A stretch of 64,000 bases of DNA, from the NCBI GenBank assembly GCA_043228905.1, contig JBHGNT010000012.1, forward strand, positions 19,716,001 to 19,780,000. Direction: 5' to 3'. The stretch is from Azolla caroliniana (Eukaryota; Plantae; Polypodiophyta). How positions within the stretch are numbered: position 1 is the stretch's first letter; every line of letters begins with the position of its first letter. This document shows positions 36,150 to 49,603 of this stretch, piece by piece. The notes beneath the pieces are model-generated. The model saw only the letters and a list, made by a program, of their open reading frames with translations. It was not told the DNA's origin and ran no database searches. The position numbers were made by a program, and so were the translations under genes.

Positions 36150-39100
36150 ATATGCTTATGTAGGGAGAGGGACGTTCTGTAATGCTACTAAAAAACCTGA
36201 ATATGCATTTGAGGAAATGATCCCCACATACTGTAATATCCAAAAATTCCACATGAGAATACCTTTAAGCTTCTTTATATAGGCTTTCACCCCATGTCTA
36301 TTATCAAACATGAAAGCTGTTGAGAGACAAGCTCAACATCGGCCGGATTGGCTGAAGAAGCCGAGGACCGGATCGGTTGGGACCGATCGGTTAGGCCGAG
36401 TGCATAAACCGGGAGGTGGTTAGGAAAGATATTCCGTGAGGAATATATTTGGGAGTTAGTGTAGGAGCTCTTAATGAGCATTGAAGTACTGTCAGTACTT
36501 TTGTCAGTCCTTCTAGGACTTGTATAAAAGTGTTCATTGAACACACATTTGTATAGAGTGTGGTGAATAGAGATTGTGTACTTCTGTTATATATTTTTTG
36601 TGTCTTCTCTCTCACTCTCTCTGTCTCTCCCACGTATACCGTGTAAGCTCAAGCTCTCCATTGAACCTGAGTTTCCTTCCTGCTGTTCGGTCTTCATACT
36701 TGCTTCCGCACGTTACTTTCTACAAAAGCATTACGCATATTCCAATTGTGTTGTAGACCCCAATAACGTAAAAATTGGAACAATATCTCCATCTCATCAT
36801 TTCCATTTTGAACATATTGAGAAAAAACCCATTTTTGAGGTCTCAAACAACAACGGGTTAAAACTTGCCAAATGTCCGATAAGTACTTCCAAATGGTACA
36901 CGTTATAGGACATTTAATGAACCTATGTGTACTATCCTCCAATGGAACGGTGCAAAAGAAACAAGTGCAAGACCCTAGTCCTCATCTCTTTAAGGCCGAA
37001 CCTAATGGGCGCCCACCAATCATGTCTCTCCATATGAATACCTTTGCACGAAATGGTAGATGGGATTGCCAACCACGTTGTAATATTTTCCACCACCTTG
37101 CATCTGACTTATATACATTCCACACCTTCCTTGCTTTAGGAGATAACCAAGATAATGATGCCATGGCATGATGATAAAATATATTTGTAGTGACCCATAA
37201 CAAGCGTGTACCATCTTGTAACCGCCAATCTACCCAAGGTGCAAAATTAGTTTTCAATGGCAAAGATCCTTGTAACAATGGTATATCATGTAATTTCTCC
37301 CAAATAAATCCATAATTTGGGGGAATACATAACCATCTCTTGGCATCTTCAAAATCCAACAACCTTTGAGATTCATTATCAACCACATCTTCCAAATGTA
37401 CAATCCCCAATCGAAATAAACGATTGAATTGAGATCTCAACTTCTCTTTCCCATGCCAAAAAAACACTTGATATGAAACAAGCAATTCGTTTTGTAATGA
37501 ATTACAATATTCTCGATCACTTGATGGTCCCTATTCAAAAAGAGATAATGCATCTTGCCACGATCTTACCAAATGTTGTCCACATACAAAATGTCGAATC
37601 TTTAGAGGAATACTTCCATTCAGTAGTGACCACCATGATGCTTGAATCTTTGTTTTCCCATGCACCAATCCTTCATGCTCAATAAAATATTGCATTATAG
37701 ATATCCATGGTTGATCTTGTTGACATATATCTCGCAATAATGTAAATCTACGAGCCATCAAATGCCTTTCCAAATCCAATATTGCTGCGCCACCTAACCT
37801 TTTAGGAGTAGCCAAATGGTCCCATGAAATCCATGTAACTCCCATCATTTCTCCCTTCCGCCACAACATGAACCGAATAGGTTGTAACATGCTTTGTAAT
37901 ATCTTAGTCCAAGGAAGTAAAGGCAAAAAATATAATAACATGGGTATCAAGATACATTGCACCACTTTGAGTTATACATGAAAGGGACATAATTGAGACT
38001 TCCAATACATAAATGTGTCCGTCAATTTACTACCAATCCAATCAATCAATTGAACATTTGTAACATCAATGCCCAATGGATAACCCAAATGTTGATAAAT
38101 TGAACCTCGTGTAATCATTGACCCTCGCCATCCCAAACATTCCAAATCACTCTCCGTACAAGAAATAAGGCGAGACTTCTCCAATTTATATACAACCCTG
38201 AGGCCAAAGAAAATTGATCCCAAACTTGCATACTCCTTTTAAGATTTTCTTTTGAGGCTTGTAAAAACATAAAAGAATCATCTGCCAATGCTTGTGCCAC
38301 CAATTGTCCACCAGAAGGAAGATGCAAACCCACAATATCACCACTGGCCACAAGATTTGACAACATTACTAACAAAGGATGTGTAACAATAGCAAATAAC
38401 AATGGGCTTAGTGGACATCATTGCCGCACGGCTCTAGTAAGAAACACTTTTGGAGTGACTCCACCATTAAGCATCACACGGGAGGTTGCATTTTGCCCTA
38501 GCAAAAAGATAAGTCGACACATACGAGGACCAAACCCCATATTATACTTCACACATGAGAGGAAAGACCAATTAACATGATCATATGCTTTTTCCAAATC
38601 TAATTGCGCCATAACCATTTCTTGATGTGTATGTCGAGCATAATCGGTCGCCATTTGAACATTCAAAACATTATGCAATATATTTCTACCTGTAATAAAA
38701 CCATATTGAGATGAATGAATAAGTTGAGGTAAGAACTTCTTAAGTCTGTTGGATAATATCTTTGCAAACAATTTGAACAACCCTCCCATCAATGAAATAG
38801 GCCTCCATTGATGAAATGACTCTGGAGATGGTATCTTTGGTATCGATTTGATTAAGCCCACCTTCCAGCTCTTAGGCATGAAACCAGAATCCCAACATTG
38901 TTGAAACATTTGTGTGAATGATCTCTTAAGCATGCTAGCATATTTCTTAAAAACTTCATTTGTAACACCATCCCAACCAAGGCTTTTACCATTTGGAAGG
39001 CGTAACAATACCTATTCCACCTCAACTTCTTCAAAATCAACATCCAATTCTTGACAAATATTTGTATTCATGGCACTCCCAATTACATTATAAAACTCTT

Positions 39101-40394
39101 GTCGTGATTTCAAGACATCCTCATTAATAATCAACTTTGGCCCAATCAAATTCTTAAAATGAGTAATACATAACTCAATAACCTTGGTTATGTCTACAAC
39201 AATGTCATCCCCTATCTTAATTTGTACCACATTTGAACGAGGATATGGTGGTCTTAATCCTTGAAAAAACATATGAGATTGTGATTATTTATCTATAAAT
39301 CCCTCCTTTAATTGATGTAGTCTTGTCTGTTGATAACTTTGACAAGACAAATTCTTCACAATGTCATGTACTTGAATTTGAACATCCAAAAGCTCTTTAT
39401 CATGTGGATTATTAATCAACAGTACATTGCATCGTGTAAAAATATATGAAAACTTATCAATCAATTGCTTACGTCTTTTAGCATTAGTCATACCATACAT
39501 ACGATGAATATCATTGATGTTTTGTAGTGTTGTATCCCATGCATGCCATCCTTTTGAAATAACTTGTTCTGCAAACATGCCAAAAATTTGTTGCATATAG
39601 GCATCAAATAAAGAATGTAATAACAAAGAAGAATTGAACCTCAAAGGGACTCGTTGAAGCAATGTTTTGTACATATATACCCCATGTTTATTAAACTCAA
39701 AACATATAGGAAAATGATCTGATGTCACAACCTCTTGCATAATTGACATATTAAGCATCTCTGGCAAAAAGGACTCATCATGCATAACATATATTCTATC
39801 TAACCTACTCCATTTTTCCTTGTATTGCATAGACTGAAATGTAAACCCAACCTCATCTTGATGCAACCATTTCCACACATCCAACTTCAAAACCTCTGAT
39901 GCCAATTTGTCTCAAATTGCTTGCTAAGGAGAATCCATCAATGAGAATCGTGAAGTAGATTGTGAAGCATCAACACACATATTAAAATCACGCATTAACA
40001 AACCAACACGTCCCACTAATAACCGTGGATACATTGAAGACCATAACTCAATGCGTTGATTAACATTATTGGGTGCATAGATTCCTACCAACCATATCAA
40101 ATCCTCAAAATACTTGACTTCCATCACAAAAAAACGTCCATATGGATCATTATAGACTATATGTGGACAAAACGAATCACGAATAATCATGATAACCCCT
40201 GAGTAATGATGTGATAACTGTCCTGCATAATATGCAGAATATCCACGCAAATGTAAAACTGATCCTGCTAAATCATGACACTTATGTTCAATTGCACATA
40301 AAACATCCGAATCTTTATCAAATAAAGTTTTCCATAATATATATTTCTTATGAGGAGAAGATGCCCCTCTCACATTCCATGATACCACTTTCAT
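36150..40394 (-). pseudogene. LINE ORF2 (AP endonuclease, RT, Cys-rich C-terminus), fragmented
   Basis: MKVVSWNVRG, GIYAPN, DFN, SRLDRIY, SDHFPI; WRPISLM, LDLEKAYDHVNW, VRQ*CPLSPLLF, LADD, HLGYPL; EDSTHRFIKC, WNMRNAF. 3' end approximate. Confidence 0.9.
36318..36724 (+). mobile_element. Solo LTR (407 bp), related to the Copia LTR at 10127
   Basis: TGTTGAGAGACAAGCTCAAC...CTACA, TSD AAAGC; shares aggacttgtataaa with the 10127 LTR; removal restores LINE WNMRNAFMFDN. Confidence 0.88.
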
Positions 40395-41760
40395 TTAACA
40401 CCTTTGGTAAGAACTTGCTCTTTATGAGCAAGTGAAGAGCAAGTGTATTCATGAATGTACTAACTACTTGTTCAAGAGTTGCATAAGGATTTGTGTGTAC
40501 TACATCCCCTCCACCAATATTAGGGTTTTGTTGTCTAGCTCCACGAGAACAAAGTCCTTGATTTAATTGAGGTCGTACCACCTTTCCTGAAGAATCAAAT
40601 TGTAATTGGTTGGAAAATCTCTGATTTCCCACTTGTTTTTGCCAAGGATTTTTCTTAAACCCCTCCTTCAATCTCAAATGATCTTTTGGTAATGTCGTAC
40701 CATAAGTATTTTTTATTCCCTTTGTATGGCAACACCCTTCCCTTTTATGTTATGCTTCACTTGATGCCACTCTCTATCTTCAACATTTGGGCCATCATTA
40801 TTGCATACTCCATTCTCCTCCCCAACACCTCTAACATGACCATGAACTTTAGGATCTCGCTCTAACCCATGATATGTTCCCTCATCCATGACCATATCAA
40901 CCATTGAGACAATATCCTTCTCAACATCTTCCTTATTTTTCCCTTTGACATTATTTTCTGGGGATAGTTCACCATGATATTGGAATTCAGCCATAAAATG
41001 CCCCAATTTACCACATTTAAAACCATCCAAGAAGTTTACAACTTGTATCCAGTAACATGCAAAATCTACATTTGTTCAACAAATTAACATGAGGAGCAAC
41101 CAAAACTTTACCAATTTGGGACATCAATCTTGGTAGTAAATCCCAAAAGAATGAGTTACTACAATCAATAGTCACCCAAATTGGACATTGTTGTTTTAAT
41201 AAATCTTTATAATCCACCACTGGAACCCATTCCATCACATGCACTAATCTTCTATAAAAAAAGATTGGTACCTTTGCCATCAAAGCCATACGGTGTTTTG
41301 GCATCGAAAAACTACATCATAGAAACCTCTTGGACCCACATACACATCCTCAACACAATTAGGCATTATGAATGAATTCAACTATTGCTTAATCCATGAT
41401 ACCAAAAGGAAGTTTGCTAGTGAAATACAAAATAACACCACGATCATAGAACCTGTCAAAAGTTGCTAACATAGAGTTGGTCTCCATCACCACCTCGACA
41501 ACATCCTCCTCCACAAAATGTTTAGTATCTTTCTCATTTTTTTCCATAAAATCGGAAAGCAAAGCCTTAAAAAATTCACAACGATTGTCAATATCATAAT
41601 CATATCCAATAACATCTTTCCCACCAAGAATATCAACATATGATGTTTTCTCATGTTTTGTAGAATCAATACACTTTTGCCTCTTGTAATTTTCATAACC
41701 ATCATCACTACCACATCCATCAACAATCATCAACTCACTTGTTGTTGTTGTGTCAGCCAT
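40348..41760 (-). pseudogene. LINE ORF1, fragmented
   Basis: ...VHVMEWVP...CPIWVTI...IGKVL... and zinc-knuckle remnant FKCGKLGHFMAEF, upstream of ORF2. Confidence 0.7.
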
Positions 41761-43405
41761 CCTAATAGAGATTGAGAGAACTAACTTGAGACGATGACAC
41801 TTTTGCTTGTAGCTTCTTGTAACGATAGCAAAACGTAATGTCCAAATAATCCTTGGAAAGCCCTCTAAAGGAGTTTCACAACAAGCCAAAAATCATAAAA
41901 AACGGAGTTTTGAGGACAAAGTTACATCAGAAACATGTTTCAACACTATTCTTAAAACGTCATCGCGTTTTTCGTCTCTCTCTCTCTCTCTCTCTCTCAT
42001 ACAATACATACATAATAGAAAGACCCATATAATATAAGTGATGTATTATGAAAGAGTGTACATCATGTGCAATTCAAAGGACCCTAGAACATGGTTTTCA
42101 TAGAATTTTTTTGACCTTTCTTCATGGAGACAAGATATACAGGTATTTCGTTTTGCCTTAAAACCCAATTGTTATTGCTATTTTACAGAAATAGTCACTT
42201 GCTAGTTAGGTCGTAAAATTCGTTGTTTATTTTGGTGCTCCTAAAAGCATTTCATATCAACATAAATATTCGTTGTTTATTTTTAAGCGTATGTGGCATG
42301 GTGATGTGCACAAGATGAAATTGGAAAATGTGGTTTTACATACAAAACTTTCAAACAACATAAATAAAGTGGGCACGACCTCACATGGACATGAAGCCAT
42401 TGTCATGGAAAGTTGGCATGGGATAATTTTATACGTTAAAGGTTTGGAAACTTGAAGTAGATATTGATTTGATCGGAGGAAATATTTGAGCAAATACTTG
42501 TAGGAATTATGAGGATTGAAGCTCATGTTGTTGGACAATCGCAACATGCTATTAAACAAGTTGGTGCCTTTTTGCAATTGAATCGTGGATACACGACCAA
42601 AGGACTTGTTCCCCAATCAAAACACACCTTCACAAAACATGGGTCATTTTGTATTACCGTCTACTAGATGTAGATGAGAACAGATTTACCCTACCGAATC
42701 ACACCCAGGCCAACCCTTCGTGGTGCTTGACAGATTGTCTATTGAGAAATGACTATCACGTCAAAGGACTATTTAAGAAAACTTAAGCTCCATATTATCT
42801 AAATGAGCGTATATGTTTGCAAGACTTCTGGTCAACTTTTTTTTGGCTTGAAGAACTTCTTTGACAATTTCCATATAGTTCCCTTATTGCCTCTATTCTT
42901 TGTTTCGGTACTAGGAATCGACAACAACTCGGTTTAGGCTTAACCGGTTTGGCCTGGGTAGCCTAAACAGTTTTGGGGTTCTCAAACCTGAACTGAACCG
43001 ATCCCTAAACCGGTTTGGCCTAATCCGGTTTGGGAGCTGGTTTGGGACAAAAAAGCTGAAGATACCCAACAAAACACCACTACCACTACCACTTCCTCCT
43101 ACTCTTCTCCTCCTCCTCATAACTCCCACCCCCTCGGCCTTACCACTGATGAGTCAAATTCAACTCCAAGTCCCACCTCCACGAGTCTTTGTAGACTACT
43201 ATGATTGGTTGGATGATATCCATGAATCCCCTGCCTCCCACCACATAAACCATGAGGCCTGAGGCTATGGCGACCTATCACTCTCGGTGATCCAATCCTT
43301 CTCCAAAGAATGTATATAACACTGAACAACAAGGAGGTCCCATGATCGTCCACTATGTTGGGATTACGGTCCCTCCGGATGGGATGGTCGGATATCCGGG
43401 AATCA

Positions 43406-43629
43406 GATGATGAATACCCCGGCTACGGAGCCGGATGATGAAGACCCCGGTTACGGAGCCGGATGCTGAAGACCCCGACTACGGAGCCGGATGCTGAAGA
43501 CCCCGACTACGGAGCCGGATGCTGAAGACCCCGACTACGGAGCCGGATGCTGAAGACTCCGGCTACGGAGCCGGATGATGAAGACCCCGGCTACGGAGCC
43601 GGATGCTGAAGACCCCGGTTACGGAGCCG
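43406..43629 (+). repeat. 28-bp tandem repeat in LTR U3 (8 copies; 7 in the 3' LTR)
   Basis: gatgctgaagaccccgRctacggagccg units; one unit accounts for the 28-bp LTR length difference. Confidence 0.92.
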
Positions 43630-44136
43630 GATGACGAATGTACCCGGAGAGAGATCCGGATACGGGGACATATTTGTGAATATGTTTGCCAAGAGCCCTT
43701 GAGGCTATATTTGTAAATAGCCCGAAAGTCATATCTGTATAAATATGACTTAGGGCAAACAGTTTAAATGTTGTTGCTCATTTTTATGTTTTCAACTGAG
43801 AGAGCAAAGTGAGAGCAGCCGAGAGAGAGGGAGAGAAAGGAAGAGGTCGACATCTCTGTGTATCACCGCCGACTGTGGCGAAGACAATGAGCTCAAGGTC
43901 GTTGCCTTGTAGCTTCACCATTGTACATCTCTGTTTATAGTGATAGTTGGAGTTTGAGGACTCCCGTGGTTTTTCCCCATTTAGGGTTTTCCACGTAAAA
44001 CATCCCGTGTACTCTTCTCTCTATTGTACTTCGTGCACTTTGTATTTCCTGTTTTCTGAAAGTTGATCCTATTCCTCGGTTGTGGCCGAGCACTGTTTTT
44101 CAACAAATTGGTATCAGAGCACGGTTAACACAGAAA

Positions 44137-47100
44137 ATGGAAGGCGGCGGTAGTGGGCCTCCGAGCATGATGGTGTTGAACTCACATAACTACGCCGACT
44201 GGAAGATAAAGATGGAAGACCTTCTCATCGTCCGAGACCTGTACGAACCGATCGACAATGCCGAGATACCCAAGGGGGTAATAGAGTCGGAGTGGAAGCT
44301 CTTGAACCGGAAAGCCGTAGCGACGATCCGGCAATATGTCGATGTAAGTGTCCTGCAACATGTGGCGAACGATACGAACGCCTATGAGATGTGGCAGAAG
44401 CTGTCCGGACTGTATGAGAGGAAGAATGCTCTGACCCGGACCTCCCTGATGAGGAAGATAGTGAATCTTAAGTACCGGGACGGCGAGAGCGTGGTCGAAC
44501 ACGTCAGCACGTTCATGGGATTTGTGAACCAGCTTGCGGCGATCAAGTTCCCGTTGGATGACGCAATGCAAGCCATCATGCTGATGTGTACCCTTCCGGA
44601 GAGCTGGGAGAACTTGGTAGTTACGCTCAGCACCTCCTGTAAGGAAGAGAACTTGTCTTTACTAACGGTAAAGACAAGTATTCTAAATGAAGAAGCGCGT
44701 CGGAGAGATAAAGAACTGGCCTCCGACTCGAAGGCGCTGCTTACCGAATCGGAACGGGGAAGACAACGGAACCGGAGTCCGCAAAGACGGGAGAAGTCGG
44801 GGACACGGTCGCAGTCGAGGGGAAGACCTACATGCTTCTACTGTGGGAAGCCGGGTCACTTCCAGAAGAACTGTCGGCATTTCCGGAAAGACAACGGAAC
44901 CGACGGTACCGATTCGAAGAAGTCACCGGAGCGAAACGGTGCATACCGGGGAGCCACGGACCGGAGAGGTCCGGATCGGCGAGGGCAGGACCGGAAAGGA
45001 ACGACGGCACTCGCGGAAAGTGAAGAAGAGATAATGCTCATTACCGAAGAGAGGGAGCTGAACCTTGCCGGTGAAGAGATGACCTGGGTGGTCGATTCCG
45101 GAGCGTCGTTCCACCTGACCCCGGAGAAGAAATACTTCTCATCCTACACAGCCGGTGAGCACGGCTGTGTCCGGATGGGAAATGAAGGTACATGCCGGAT
45201 TTCCGGCATAGGAGACGTGTGGCTGATGACATCAACCGGATGCAAGATGCTGCTGAAGGATGTCCGACACGTTCCGGAGGTTCGATTGAACCTGATTTCG
45301 GCCGGGAGGCTAGACGATGAAGGCTACACGGGTAGCATCCGGAACGGCGTAATGAAGTTCAGCAAGGGGAGCCTGATAGTGGCTCGAGCCCGAAAAGTCA
45401 ACACATTGTACCTTATGAATGCCTGGTTGTGTCCGGAGGAGTTGAACGTGGCAGCCGACGCTGCTGGTGAGCTGTGGCACAAGAGACTGTGCCACATGAG
45501 TGAGAAGGGGATGAAGAGGCTTGCAGAGGACAACCTTATTCCAGTGAAGCATGTGCACCTGGAGAAGTGCACCGACTGTCTGGCCGGTAAGCAAAACCGG
45601 ACCTCCTTCCACTCAAGGCCACCGACGAGACGTAGCGCACCATTGGAGTTGGTGCACACTGACGTGTGTCAAGTAGAAACGAAGTCACATGGCGGAGCCC
45701 AGTACTTCGTGACATTCATTGATGACCACAGCCGGAAGACAAAGGACCAAGTGTTGTGCGTCTTCAAAGAACTTCACGCGAGAGTGGAAAGGGAATCCGG
45801 CAAGAAGCTGAAAGCGATACGAGCGGATAACGGAGGGGAATACCGGGGGCAGTTCTAGGAGTACTGTCGCTCGAAGGGAATCCGGCTCGAGTTTACTGTG
45901 CCGAAGACGCCGGAACTGAACGGGCTGGCCGAGAGGATGAACCGGACCATAATGGAGAGGGTCCGGAGTATGCTGGCGCATGCGAAATTACCCAAGGGGT
46001 TTTGGGATGAGGCAATGTCGACGGCGACATACGTGATAAACAGATCACCCTCAGTACCTTTGGACGGAGACACGCCGCAGAGAGTGTGGACCGGTAAGGA
46101 AGTGTCCTACCGGCATCTGAAGGTGTTCGGGTGTCTCGCATACGTGCATGTGGCAAAGGACCGGAGAGGAAAGTTAGATCCAAAGACCCGGCCATGCATA
46201 TTCCTCGGATACGGCGACGACGAGTTCGGCTACCGAGTATGGGACCCGGTCGACAAGAAGATATTCAGGAGTCGAGATATCGTCTTCATGGAGGACAAGA
46301 CACTCGCCGACTGGGAGTCGGAGAAGAAGATGAAGAGCTCCAAGTCGACCGGTGAGGATCAACTCTACGAGGAGCAGTCCCGACCGGCAAGGGACCGGTT
46401 AGCACTCGAGGATCCGGCCGAAGACGGTGAAGAAACAGAACCGGCCGAGGAAAATGAAACTGATACCGGAATCGGCCCCGATCCCGAAATGGATTCGGAT
46501 GAAGAGGAAACGGAGGAGCCGGTCAGCGAAGCTCCGGAACGGAGATATCCTCTAAGAGAGAGAAGGGCCCCCCGGAGATTTCCGGAACCAGAGCACGTGC
46601 TGCTAACCGACGAGGGGGAGCCGGAGAGTTTTGAAGAAGCAAAGCTTGACACCCATAGCCGCAGGTGGTTAAGTGCCATGCAGGAGGAGATGGATTCCCT
46701 GCATGAGAACCACACATATGAACTTGTGGAGTTGCCGAAAGGAAAGCGGGCACTTCGAAACAAGTGGGTGTTCAAGCTGAAACCGGGAGATGCCGGAAAC
46801 CCCCCGAGATACAAAGCCAGGATCGTGGTGAAGGGGTTCCAGCAGAAGAAGGGCGTCGACTTCGATGTGATATTTGCCCCGGTAGTGAAGATGACCTCCA
46901 TCCGGACGGTGCTGAGCATAGCGGCAAGCATGGACCTCGAGGTAGAACAGATGGACGTGAAGACGGCATTCCTTCACGGTGACCTCGAAGAAGAGATCTA
47001 CATGCAGCAACCGGAAGGATTCGAGAAGAAAGGGAAGGAGCACCTGGTATGCCGGTTGAAGAAGAGCCTTTACGGACTGAAGCAGGCTCCCCGGCAATGG

Positions 47101-48189
47101 TACCGGAAATTCGACTCCTTCATGACCGACGAAGGGTACCACAAAACGCAGTCCGATCACTGCGTGTTTGTGAAGAAGTTCGAAGGAGGAGACTCTCTAA
47201 TACTCCTCCTGTACGTGGACGACATGTTGATCGTCGGACGGGACCAGGGCAAGATACGGATGCTGAAGAAAGCACTTCACCGAACCTTCTCAATGAAGGA
47301 CCTGGGTCCGGCGAGGCAAATACTAGGGATGCACATCATCCGAGACCGGAAGAAGAAGCAGTTGTGGCTGTCACAGGAGAAGTACGTAACAAAGGTGCTT
47401 CACCTGTTCAACATGTCGGAAGCAAGACCGGTCGGATCAACCCTCCCGGCAAACTGCAAGTTGTCCAACAAGCAAAGCCCCAAGACAAAGGCTGAGAAAG
47501 AGGACATGATGAAAGTACCATATGCCTCTGCCGTCGGAAGCTTGATGTACGCAATGGTGTGTACAAGACCGGACATAGGATACGCAGTCGGAGTGGTGAG
47601 CCGGTACATGAGCAATCCCGGCAAAGAGCACTGGAACGCGGTCAAGTGGATACTCCGATACCTCAAGGGCACGACAAACGTGTGCCTCCGATTCGGCTCC
47701 GGTAAGCCCGAACTCGACGGCTTTACCGATTCGGATATGTCGGCTGATGCAGATACCAGCCGGTCCACATCAGGGTATGTGATGACGTATGCAGGGGGAG
47801 CTGTTTCGTGGCAGTCGAGGCTGCAGAAGACGGTTGCGTTGTCAACCACGGAGGCGGAGTACATGGCGGCTGTTGAAGCCGGCAAGGAAATAATATGGAT
47901 GAAGGACTTCATTAGAGAGCTCGGTATCCGACCGGAGGAGTACCGACTCTACTGCGACAGTCAGAGTGCCATCCACCTTGCGAAGAATGCGGCCTATCAC
48001 TCCCGGACGAAGCACATCCAGCGAAGATATCACTGGATCCGGGAAAGGATAGAAGACAAGGAGTTCATGCTGACGAAGATCCACACGGACGAGAACGGGT
48101 CGGATATGCTGACCAAGGTACTCACACCCGACAAGCTGGAAGCATGCCGGAAAAGGATCGGATTGGAGAGACATCCCATGCCGAAGTGA
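44137..48189 (+). pseudogene. Copia gag-pol, near intact (one in-frame TAG at 45856, 21-bp in-frame deletion in integrase)
   Basis: CFYCGKPGHFQKNC, WVVDSGAS, HTDV/ADNGGEY, LYVDDM, RTKHIQRRYHWIRE; both ORFs share a frame; LWTAPLK missing relative to the copy at 57220. Confidence 0.95.
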
Positions 48190-49603
48190 AGGGGGAGTTT
48201 GTTGGGATTACGGTCCCTCCGGATGGGATGGTCGGATATCCGGGAATCGGATGATGAATACCCCGGCTACGGAGCCGGATGATGAAGACCCCGGTTACGG
48301 AGCCGGATGCTGAAGACCCCGACTACGGAGCCGGATGCTGAAGACCCCGGCTACGGAGCCAGATGCTGAAGACCCCGGCTACGGAGCCGGATGATGAAGA
48401 CCCCGGCTACGGAGCCGGATGCTGAAGACCCCGGTTACAGAGCTGGATGACGAATGTACCCGGAGAGAGATCCGGATACGGGGACATATTTGTGAATATG
48501 TTTGCCAAGAGCCCTTGAGGCTATATTTGTAAATAGCCCGAAAGTCATATGTGTATAAATATGACTTAGGGCAAACAGTTTAAATGTTGTTGCTCATTTT
48601 TATGTTTTCAGCCGAGAGAGCAAAGTGAGAGCAGCCGAGAGAGAGGGAGAGAAAGGAAGAGGTCGACATCTCTGTGTATCACCGCCGACTGTGGCGAAGA
48701 CAGTGAGCTCAAGGTCGTTGCCTTGTAGCTTCACCATTGTACATCTCTGTTTATAGTGATAGTTGGAGTTTGAGGACTCCCGTGGTTTTTCCCCATTTAG
48801 GGTTTTCCACGTAAAACATCCCGTGTACTCTTCTCTCTATTGTACTTCGTGCACTTTGTATTTCCTGTTTTCTGAAAGTTGATCCTATTCCTCGGTTGTG
48901 GCCGAGCACTGTTTTTCAACACACTATGCAAGCTCTCTCTCCCTCTTTGTCCCTCCGTCTCTTGTCACTCAACAATATGTTGCCTGTGGCTTCATGTTAG
49001 TCTCTCTATCAACTTTCAAGTTCTAAGTTCTAAGTTCTAACTTTCTAACTTTTAAACCCTAATTTTTAAATTACATAAACGGCTTAACCGGTTTGGCAAG
49101 GCTCAAGCCAATCCGAGCCGAGCTCAAACCATTTAAGTAGGCTCAAGCCTAAACCGAGATGAGACGAGCCACTAAGATGTTTAAAATCGGTTTAGCTAAA
49201 CGGTTTAGGCTTGAGCCGAGCCATTGTAGATCCCTACTAGGCACAATGTCTTCATGTTTAGAGTGTTAGCCTTTTTTTTTCTCTCTTACGAAGATTTTTT
49301 GTTTACTAGTCTCTAGATTTTAAAGAATCTATGTGCAACACAAGCTAATCGGTTAAAGAAATCTTCAAAACAATGTCCAATTATGGAAGCTTGGGGGAAT
49401 GTGTAAGCAATGGATGCACAGTTTGTGTGGGCAAACCTTTGAATTTTGTGTCCCAAAAATATGTAGTTTTTTCAAAATGAAGGAATCCAAAAATAATACA
49501 ATATACACATACACAAACATACACACACACACACACACACATACATACATAGGGGGTGAGGCCCAAGGGATGAGAAGTGGATAAGGATTGAGGGAGAAGA
49601 TGG

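Larger units (their letters stand above)
36073..41974 (-). mobile_element. Full-length decayed L1/Tx1-group LINE inserted in a (TC)n tract
   Basis: ORF1 and ORF2 remnants in the expected order; absent from duplication copy 1 (empty site near 3780-3808); (TC)n on both sides. Confidence 0.9.
43356..48921 (+). mobile_element. Young Ty1/copia (Tnt1/Tork-like) LTR retrotransposon
   Basis: LTRs 43356-44105 (750 bp) and 48200-48921 (722 bp); TSD CACTA; PBS TGGTATCAGAGC at 44109; PPT AAGGGGGAG. Confidence 0.97.
42912..49236. mobile_element. Non-autonomous hAT-like element/MITE (about 755 bp), split by the Copia at 43356-48921
   Basis: Imperfect TIRs TAGGAATCGACAAC / TAGGGATCTACAAT; subterminal AAACCG and GAGCC motifs; degenerate 8-bp TSD (ttcggtac/ctaggcac; empty site ctaggtat in copy 1). 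Confidence 0.75.

Noticed and set aside
43406-43629. 28-bp repeats as a CRISPR array
   Set aside because: Head-to-tail with no spacers, inside a Copia LTR in a eukaryotic context.
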